Shown piece after piece: positions 57,206-64,000 of a DNA stretch of 64,000 nucleotides. Numbering within the stretch: position 1 is the first letter of the stretch; each line of letters begins with the position of its first letter. The translations under genes and the position numbers were made by a program. Below the pieces are notes generated by a model. That model was not told the DNA's origin, made no database searches, and saw only the letters and a list, made by a program, of their open reading frames with translations. The stretch comes from an uncultured bacterium (lineage in GTDB: Bacteria > Actinomycetota > Acidimicrobiia > Spongiisociales > UBA5794). Where the stretch lies: positions 384,001 through 448,000 of the forward strand of contig CAWDDT010000006.1 of the NCBI GenBank assembly GCA_963801165.1. The letters are read 5' to 3'.

Positions 57206-57288
57206 CCGACCCAACACCTACACACCGAATCGGGGCCCCCATGTGGGGGCCCCGATTTCTTGCCAACGGACCGAGGTGCGGCAACCGG

Positions 57289-58626
57289 CTACTTGGCCAT
57301 GACCACGAAGTACTCATCCTGGTATCGATAGTGCCAGCCGAGAAGCTCGAGATACTTGACGAGCGGCCACTCCGCCCTCATCAGAGCCTGATCGATACCG
57401 AACTCAGCGAACGTATCCTCGACCCCGAGACCCGACTTGACGTCGGTGTACTTCTCGAACAGCTCGGCACCGTACAGCTCGGCGCGATCATCGATGAACA
57501 CCCGGCGTTCCGGCCAATCAGCGAAGATCAGGTAGCCACCGACGGCGCTGCCGCTGAACAGCGGGCTGTCATCCAGGGCGGCAAGCGCGGCATCTGATGG
57601 GAACCGGTCCTCCCTCAGTTGCAGCGGTCTGGCAACGGCGGCGACGGCGACTGCGACCAGGAGGGCGGCGATTATCCAGTTGATGACATAGGGCTCCTCG
57701 CGACGCACCGGCGCCGGCGTGTGGCCCGCGAACACCGCCATCGCAAATGGTACGAGAACGATGAAGGCCGGCCACACGTTCCGTTCGGCAAGCAAACCGA
57801 AGAGCATGAACGGAGCCACGATCCACAGATCCCTCGGCTTCACCTTCCCCAATGTGGCCGCGGCCACGATCGCGACCAGCGCTATGCCCAGAGGAATGAG
57901 AAACGGGTTCGTCAAATCGGGCGGTTGCCACTCGCTGATCAGGTCGAGAGCCCCCCGGCTCCTGAAGAACTGCAACACGATCCACCACACGCCGAGACCG
58001 TGTGCCGTCACGGCAGTCGCGACAACGGCGACGCCAACGGCAACGCCTTGACGACGCGACCGCCTCCGTACCGCATCTAGGAGAAGCAGACCGAGACCAA
58101 TAGGAAACGTCCCGTGTATCGATGCCCAAAGCCAGAACAGCGGCGGCAGAAGCCACAGTGGTTTGCGGTCAACGAAGATGAACACAACCGTCAGCGAAAG
58201 CAGCATGTTCCCGATCAAAGCCGGACGGGCGATTGCAAACGGTATTGCCTGCCAGACGACGAACAACAGCCCCGCAAGGGTCAGCCAGAGATGGCCGCCG
58301 ACGACCCGGTACACGACGAGACCCAGCAATGCAACGGTGAGCGACACGATCACGAGCTTCATCATGAGCACCCACTCGATCCCGCCTGTGGTGCGTTCGA
58401 GCCAGCCGTACCCGAGCTCGACCAGCCACGACTGAGTGCGCCAGGCCGACCCCGCGGCGGTGAACGAGAACGGGTCAGTGGTTAGCACGCGACCCGTCGC
58501 CAACTGCTCGGTCCCGGCACGGACATGCCATAGGAACGAGTTGTCTCCTACGGGTAGACCGGCACGCCACGCAACCAGCAAGAAAGGGACGAGCAACCGC
58601 AGATGGGCAACCCGCAGCCTGGTCAC
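57289..58626 (-). CDS. Polytopic membrane protein, probable GT-C fold glycosyltransferase
   Basis: GDNSFLWH..G, DPFSFT..W..SWL, ~10-12 TMs, soluble C-terminus GGYLIF..RRVFIDDRAELYG. Confidence 0.65.
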   Translation of the reverse strand: MTRLRVAHLRLLVPFLLVAWRAGLPVGDNSFLWHVRAGTEQLATGRVLTTDPFSFTAAGSAWRTQSWLVELGYGWLERTTGGIEWVLMMKLVIVSLTVALLGLVVYRVVGGHLWLTLAGLLFVVWQAIPFAIARPALIGNMLLSLTVVFIFVDRKPLWLLPPLFWLWASIHGTFPIGLGLLLLDAVRRRSRRQGVAVGVAVVATAVTAHGLGVWWIVLQFFRSRGALDLISEWQPPDLTNPFLIPLGIALVAIVAAATLGKVKPRDLWIVAPFMLFGLLAERNVWPAFIVLVPFAMAVFAGHTPAPVRREEPYVINWIIAALLVAVAVAAVARPLQLREDRFPSDAALAALDDSPLFSGSAVGGYLIFADWPERRVFIDDRAELYGAELFEKYTDVKSGLGVEDTFAEFGIDQALMRAEWPLVKYLELLGWHYRYQDEYFVVMAK

Positions 58627-58629
58627 GGT

Positions 58630-59532
58630 CTACAGGATCGTGTTGACGATTTGGATCGCAGCCGGCCCCAAGAGGACGACGAAGATCCCGGGGAAGATAC
58701 ACAGCACCAACGGGAACGTCATCTTTACCGGGGCAGCAAACGCACGCTCCTGCGCACGCAACCGCCGTCGCACCCGCATCTCGTCCGCCTGCACCCTCAG
58801 CATGCGCGAGATGGACACACCAAAGGCGTCAGCCTGGGTGAGGGCCATGATGAACGTATTGAGATCATCCACGTCGGTCCGCGCGGCGAGAGACTTCAGC
58901 GCCTGGTTACGACTGACGCCGACCCTGGTCTCCTGAAGCATCCTGGAGAACTCATCGCTGAGCTCACCGGGCACGTTCTGGACGACCCTCCCGAGCGCAC
59001 CCTCGAAGCCGAGCCCGGCCTCCACGCTGATGACCAGCAGATCGATGACGTCCGGCAGATCACGCTCCATGGCGCCCTTGCGCTCATCCACGCGGCGGGT
59101 GAGCATGGCCTCAGGTCCGAGAACGCCGATCGCCAGGGAACCAATGACGCCGGCAAGACGGGCGGTACCCTGCAGCTGGCTGTTGACGAAAAACGCAAGC
59201 ACAACTCCGAATACGAGAGAAAGCACTCGGATCACGGCCCACGAGTTCGAGTCGAGACGTGATGACCAACCCCCGATCATCAACCGCTTCTCAACGCGAG
59301 CGCCCCACCCCTGTGGGGTGTATCGCATGAAGACTCGCCCGACGCCCTGGAACAACGGTGCGACGGCACGTTCGGAGAATCCTCGCTCGAGTAGCTCGGA
59401 ACGCGTTTCTCGCAACCCGGCGAGACGCCGGGAGGCGCTGGCACGGGCTTTGAGAACTCCCCCGCCGACAAACACCGCTGCCGCACCTATGGTGACCCCA
59501 ACGGCAATGGCGGCAAATAGAGCTTGATCCAT
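58630..59532 (-). CDS. tadC: Tad pilus inner-membrane platform protein TadC
   Basis: LPDVIDLLVISVEAGLGF, GVSISRMLRVQA, KMTFPLV..IFP. Confidence 0.93.
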   Translation of the reverse strand: MDQALFAAIAVGVTIGAAAVFVGGGVLKARASASRRLAGLRETRSELLERGFSERAVAPLFQGVGRVFMRYTPQGWGARVEKRLMIGGWSSRLDSNSWAVIRVLSLVFGVVLAFFVNSQLQGTARLAGVIGSLAIGVLGPEAMLTRRVDERKGAMERDLPDVIDLLVISVEAGLGFEGALGRVVQNVPGELSDEFSRMLQETRVGVSRNQALKSLAARTDVDDLNTFIMALTQADAFGVSISRMLRVQADEMRVRRRLRAQERAFAAPVKMTFPLVLCIFPGIFVVLLGPAAIQIVNTIL

Positions 59533-60587
59533 CAGACATCCACCTTCACGATTTTGGACAGCCAGTAGACCCCTGCGACGAGCAGGAGCACCGCCCCACC
59601 GAGGGCGATCAAACCCTTTGTGGAATCCAACATGGGTTGCAGGTACTCGCGTCGGGTGAGGAACAGGAAAAGGAACAAGAAGACGGGCAGAGAGCCGAGC
59701 ACGTATGCCGAAACCCGTCCCTCAGCGGTGAGGGCCTTCATCTCTCGCCGCAGCCGGTTTCGCTGCAGCATCGTGTCGGCTGCCGTCTGGAGCACCTCCG
59801 CGAGGTTGCCGCCAACCTCGCGCTGGATGCTGATCGCCAGCACCGCCCAGTCGAAGTCCAACGACTCCATCCGGTCTGCGACCTGTTTCAGCGCCACCAC
59901 CGGGGACCGGCCGAGACGGGTCTCGTTCATCGCTCGCCCGAACTCCCGCGCCGTCGGCTCGGGCGCCTCGGAGGCAACAGCCTCGACCGCCTGCAACAGC
60001 GAGTAGCCAGACCGCAACGAGGTCGAAAGCAGGTTGAGCGTATCCGGTAGCTGGTTCTCGAACTTCGTCTTGTGCCGTGCAGCGATTCCCTGAATGAGAA
60101 ACACGGCAACACCAAGCACGAAGGCGGCAGCGACCGCGCCCCAGATCAGATTCCGCATGTAAACCATGATCAGCAGGCCGAAGATGATCGCGATGCCCAG
60201 GATACCGGCGATTGCCTCACCGGGGCGAAGCGGCATATTGGCCTGATCGAGCGCCGTCTCGATCTGGTTGATGAAGCCACGATCCCTGGCGATGTCCTCG
60301 GCCCCCACCACAAACCGGCGCAGCAGCGGGATCCGGGAGAGGCGACCCCCTTCCTCAGCCTTGCCCGACAGAGAGCCGAGCCTGCCCCGCAGGTCACGCT
60401 CAACCCCGGCGTTCGACCCGAACAGGATGACGATCAGCAGGAACAACGCCAACCCGGCCCCAACCGCACCGCCGAGAAGCATAACGTCCTGGGTCCCGCT
60501 TGTGCCCGATGTCTGGGCGAGGGCCGGGGCTGCGGTCGTCGTCACAATGGTGACGACACCGAGAACAAGATAGAACAGTCTCTGCAT
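59532..60587 (-). CDS. tadB: Tad pilus inner-membrane platform protein TadB
   Basis: FENQLPDTLNLL..LRSGYSL, IQREVGGNLAEVL, TAEGR. Confidence 0.93.
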   Translation of the reverse strand: MQRLFYLVLGVVTIVTTTAAPALAQTSGTSGTQDVMLLGGAVGAGLALFLLIVILFGSNAGVERDLRGRLGSLSGKAEEGGRLSRIPLLRRFVVGAEDIARDRGFINQIETALDQANMPLRPGEAIAGILGIAIIFGLLIMVYMRNLIWGAVAAAFVLGVAVFLIQGIAARHKTKFENQLPDTLNLLSTSLRSGYSLLQAVEAVASEAPEPTAREFGRAMNETRLGRSPVVALKQVADRMESLDFDWAVLAISIQREVGGNLAEVLQTAADTMLQRNRLRREMKALTAEGRVSAYVLGSLPVFLFLFLFLTRREYLQPMLDSTKGLIALGGAVLLLVAGVYWLSKIVKVDV

Positions 60588-60589
60588 GT

Positions 60590-61939
60590 CTACCGTCCTA
60601 CGAATGGCTCTGGGGCAAACAACTCTGCCGGCAGATTTACACCGTAGTCGGCCAAACGGTCGCTGAACGACGGTCTGATGCCGGTGGCCTTCAGCCGGCC
60701 CCGGAACATCCCGTTCTCATCCATGCCCATCCCGTAGTCGAAGAGGAACAGATCCTGGGTGGTGATGATGTCCCCCTCCATCCCGACGACTTCGGTGACC
60801 TGAGTGACCTTACGGGTGCCGTCACGCATCCGGTTGAGGTGAACGATGAGGTCGACCGCCGAGGAAACCTGCTCACGAATCGCTCGCACCGGCAACTCCA
60901 TGCCGGCCATCAGCACCATCGTCTCGATACGGGAAAGTGTGTCCCGCGGAGTGTTCGAGTGGATCGTTGTCAGCGATCCGTCGTGACCGGTGTTCATAGC
61001 CTGGAGCATGTCGAGAGCCTCACCACCACGAACCTCACCGACGACGATACGGTCGGGCCGCATACGCAGTGTGTTGCGGACGAGATCACGGATAGTGACC
61101 TGACCCTTTCCTTCGATGTTGGCGGGACGGCCCTCGAGAGACAGCACGTGCATCTGATTGAGCCGAAGCTCGGCGGCGTCCTCAACGGTGATGATGCGCT
61201 CTGTGTCCGGGATGAAGCTCGACAGGACGTTCAGCAAAGTCGTCTTACCTGAGCCGGTACCGCCCGAGACGATGACGTTGAGCCGCCCGTATACACATCG
61301 ACGCAGGAAACCGGCCACCTGGTCGGACAATGCGCCCATCTTCACTAGCTGGTCGGATGTGAACGGGTCAGCCGAGAATTTACGAATCGTCAGGAAGGGA
61401 CCGCCGATGGCGAGCGGATGGATCACAGCGTTGACACGAGAGCCATCCGGGAGCCGAGCGTCGACCATCGGAGTCGATTCATCGATACGACGACCCACCT
61501 GGCCGACGATCTTCTCGATGATCCTCTCGAGGTGCGTGGCATCGACAAACCGGGTGTCGGAAAGGCTGAGACGACCGGCGCGCTCGACCCAGACCTGATG
61601 CGGGCCGTTGACCATGACCTCAGTTATGTTCTCGTCTGACAGGAACGGATCGATCGGGCCGTAGCCGAGAACGTCGTCGGCGATCTCTTGTAGAAGGGCA
61701 ACCCGGTCGGCGCGTGCCAGGGGAACCGATTCTTCCTGATCGAGTGCCCATTCGAGCATCTCCATGACGCGCAGCTTGAGCTCTGCGTCGCTCATCTGAC
61801 GGTCGTAGAGCATCGGCCCGAGGCCCTCGACGACCTTGTAGTGGAGCTTACGCCTCAGCTCCTGGACGATCTCTTCACGGTGACCTTCGACGGTCACCTC
61901 TGCTGCTTTCGCTGCCTTGACGCGATCGGCGAGACTCAT
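60590..61939 (-). CDS. tadA: Tad pilus assembly ATPase TadA/CpaF
   Basis: [44 protein letters not shown]. Confidence 0.96.
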   Translation of the reverse strand: MSLADRVKAAKAAEVTVEGHREEIVQELRRKLHYKVVEGLGPMLYDRQMSDAELKLRVMEMLEWALDQEESVPLARADRVALLQEIADDVLGYGPIDPFLSDENITEVMVNGPHQVWVERAGRLSLSDTRFVDATHLERIIEKIVGQVGRRIDESTPMVDARLPDGSRVNAVIHPLAIGGPFLTIRKFSADPFTSDQLVKMGALSDQVAGFLRRCVYGRLNVIVSGGTGSGKTTLLNVLSSFIPDTERIITVEDAAELRLNQMHVLSLEGRPANIEGKGQVTIRDLVRNTLRMRPDRIVVGEVRGGEALDMLQAMNTGHDGSLTTIHSNTPRDTLSRIETMVLMAGMELPVRAIREQVSSAVDLIVHLNRMRDGTRKVTQVTEVVGMEGDIITTQDLFLFDYGMGMDENGMFRGRLKATGIRPSFSDRLADYGVNLPAELFAPEPFVGR

Positions 61940-61967
61940 ATGCAGTCCATTCCTGGTCGGTTCCTAC

Positions 61968-63152
61968 TCACCTGAACCATCGGCGTTTCCCGCCTTCGCC
62001 TTCACCGTCTTCTAGCTCTCCCTCGTCGAGGACGAGCTGAGCGACCCCGCGCAGGTCCCTAGCCACACGGCTGCGGGGGTACAGGGAGACGACCGGTTCT
62101 CCTTCGTTGACCGCACGGGGGACGAGTTTGTCCGACGAAACGGCCGCCTGGACCTCGAGACCCAGCGAGCGTTCCAGCTCACCGATATCGAGACGGGCCT
62201 TGGAATTGACCCGGTTCAGCACCAGCTTCATCTTCTCGAACGGGAACTTGATGAGACGCAGTGTGTCGAGCGCCAGCTTGGCATTCTTGACTGCGGGCAG
62301 ATCCATGTCCACAACGAGGAGCACAACGTCCGAGCGCTCGAGAATCGACAGTACCGGTTCATCGAGGAAGGGAGCGGTGTCGATCACGATGTAGTCGAAC
62401 ATCCTCTTGAGCATGCCAATCGACTTGACCACGACCTGGGTGGATACCTCGTCTGCAAGGGAGGGTTCCAACGGTGCGGACAACACCCGCATACCGGAGG
62501 AGTGTCTCGCCAGGAGGCTGTCGAGCAGGTCCTCATCCAGCTTGTCGATGTCGCGTGCCACGTCAACGATGGTGTGCCGCGGGTCGATCTGCAACGAGAT
62601 GCATACATCACCAAACTGGAGATCGGCATCGAGAACGACGACCCGGGACGGATCGCCCCAGCCTGCCAGCGTGAGCGCAACGTTGACGGTAGTCATCGTC
62701 TTTCCTGCGCCACCCTTCGGTGACATGATCGTCACGACCTTGCCGATCTTGCGCTTGGCGGGGCCTTCTTCTTCCCGCCGGTGAATCTGCTCGATGAGAC
62801 CAAAGGCGTCCTCGACCTTGGAGTTGGTGAGCGGTACCTCGATTACATCCTTTATGCCCGCCCGCAGAGCCGCACGGAGAACATTGGTGTCAACCGATTC
62901 AGCGACCAGCACAACCGGCAGATCGGCACGCACGTCGAACAGGAGGGTCACCTCTACCACCCCGGCCTCGTGTGCGTAAGAGGGACCGGCGATGGTCAGG
63001 TCGATCGACTCCTCAACGAGGCGGCGCTGAGCATCGCTGATGTTGCGTGCCGTGTGGACCTTGTGGCCCTCCAGCAGCGAGCGCGTCGCTTCGACGAACT
63101 GGTCGTCGTTGTCGACAACTAGAACCGAATACGTCGCGTTATCCGTTGCCAA
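61968..63152 (-). CDS. cpaE: CpaE/TadZ (receiver-like + MinD/ParA ATPase)
   Basis: REC-like N-terminus, SPKGGAGKT, DADLQFGD, VIDT; TTG start inferred. Confidence 0.9.
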   Translation of the reverse strand: MATDNATYSVLVVDNDDQFVEATRSLLEGHKVHTARNISDAQRRLVEESIDLTIAGPSYAHEAGVVEVTLLFDVRADLPVVLVAESVDTNVLRAALRAGIKDVIEVPLTNSKVEDAFGLIEQIHRREEEGPAKRKIGKVVTIMSPKGGAGKTMTTVNVALTLAGWGDPSRVVVLDADLQFGDVCISLQIDPRHTIVDVARDIDKLDEDLLDSLLARHSSGMRVLSAPLEPSLADEVSTQVVVKSIGMLKRMFDYIVIDTAPFLDEPVLSILERSDVVLLVVDMDLPAVKNAKLALDTLRLIKFPFEKMKLVLNRVNSKARLDIGELERSLGLEVQAAVSSDKLVPRAVNEGEPVVSLYPRSRVARDLRGVAQLVLDEGELEDGEGEGGKRRWFR

Positions 63153-64000
63153 GGAGGACTCCTGCCTCTTCGAACTGTAGGCGAATCCGCTCGATGAGCG
63201 AGAACAGGTCGTCGATAACCACACCATCGGAGGTGAACGGGTCGTAGACCTTTTCCTGACCGTTCTCATTCTCGCCGCTCGGTATCAGCGACAGCGCCAC
63301 ATCCGTGTACTGGGAGGCGAACTGGATCTCTTCAGCCTGCTCGGGAGTCACCTCGAGCACGACGATCTGAGCGCCCGCCGGCGTCAAGCCGGTGCCCAAT
63401 GGGCTGGGGCGCGTATCGGGACCGACCGCCAGTACCTCGATGTCCTGGAGGACCGTCTGGGTGAAGTCGATCGAACCGGGGAATGTCTGCGCATAGCGGG
63501 CGATGATGTCCTGTTGGGTCGTCGTACCCTGGTCACCCGACGGAGGAGTCGTGGTCGTCGTCTGGGTCGCCGTCCCATCGCCGAGCAGCAGCGAGCGCAG
63601 CTCCGGATCTTCAAACAGTGAGGTCGACTGGGTGAGGTCGATAGACGCCGACGCAATCAGGTTGACCCGGTCCCCCGGACGCACGAACCCACCCACCGTG
63701 TTCTCCTCATTGGGTCGGAACGAGATCGCGACCTTGCCCTCGGGTACAGATTCCGAGAGTTTGATATTGGAGAGGAGGTTGGGAGCGATGAACATGTCCG
63801 CGGTGATCAACTGGCCGGCGCTAATCGGTCCGGCGGCAACGTTGATGGGGTCGATGATCGACTCGAGGCGCGGGTTATTGGCACAGACGTTGAGCGGAGC
63901 CGAACTGGTATCGGTGGGGCCGGCGCATGCAATCTGCGATCCCTCGAAAACCACCGACTCGACGAGGCCTGAGGATTCCTTGATGAAATCCTTCGCCTCG
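63139..64000 (-). CDS. cpaB: Flp pilus assembly protein CpaB/RcpC (5' truncated by window)
   Basis: VPEGKVAIS, VGGFVRPGDRVNL, VLQDIEVLAVG, LEVTPEQAE. Confidence 0.88.
   Translation of the reverse strand, partial: EAKDFIKESSGLVESVVFEGSQIACAGPTDTSSAPLNVCANNPRLESIIDPINVAAGPISAGQLITADMFIAPNLLSNIKLSESVPEGKVAISFRPNEENTVGGFVRPGDRVNLIASASIDLTQSTSLFEDPELRSLLLGDGTATQTTTTTPPSGDQGTTTQQDIIARYAQTFPGSIDFTQTVLQDIEVLAVGPDTRPSPLGTGLTPAGAQIVVLEVTPEQAEEIQFASQYTDVALSLIPSGENENGQEKVYDPFTSDGVVIDDLFSLIERIRLQFEEAGVLLGNG

Larger units (their letters stand above)
55810..57260 (+). repeat. Tandem array of four ~370-400 bp pilin cassettes (promoter region-RBS-flp-terminator)
   Basis: Pilin ATGs at 55889, 56291, 56667, 57035; shared flanks with SNPs and indels. 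Confidence 0.95.

Noticed and set aside
55810-57260. Pilin antigenic-variation cassettes or a diversity-generating retroelement
   Set aside because: All copies are full-length with RBS and differ by one conservative residue; no reverse transcriptase, recombinase or adenine-specific variation
62800-63152. CpaE receiver domain lacking the phospho-acceptor Asp
   Set aside because: Atypical receiver domains are normal for CpaE/TadZ

Overview
High-GC actinobacterial chromosomal segment. Gene content and the Cys-containing SLH repeats suggest Acidimicrobiia (inference). Most of it is housekeeping: the Pup-proteasome locus (arc-dop-pup-prcB-prcA, with pafA cut off by an inserted secreted beta-propeller gene), ferredoxin, trmI, small membrane proteins, an MFS transporter, a BON+OmpA gene, DivIVA-like, NUDIX, SLH-VanW, an S8 protease with 3 PKD repeats, a polyol-utilisation cluster, fba, tRNA-Leu(GAG), an Opp/Dpp ABC system with two binding proteins, secG, gpmA, tpiA-pgk-gap, yvcK-rapZ-uvrC, uvrA, uvrB and coaE. 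The right end is the most unusual part. A NarL-type two-component system is followed by four tandem ~370-400 bp Flp pilin cassettes carrying two pilin alleles. Each cassette has its own RBS and terminator, and three have a sigma-28-like promoter. The array converges on a Tad operon whose last gene is an STT3/AglB-like GT-C membrane protein, and the pilin has an N-F-S sequon. Other signals read from the DNA are PafBC/RecA-NDp-type promoters before uvrA and uvrB, two small ORFs missing from the ORF track, overlapping divergent leaderless promoters, and several recent tandem expansions. No integrase, transposase or CRISPR array was seen. All product calls come from motif recognition, not database searches.
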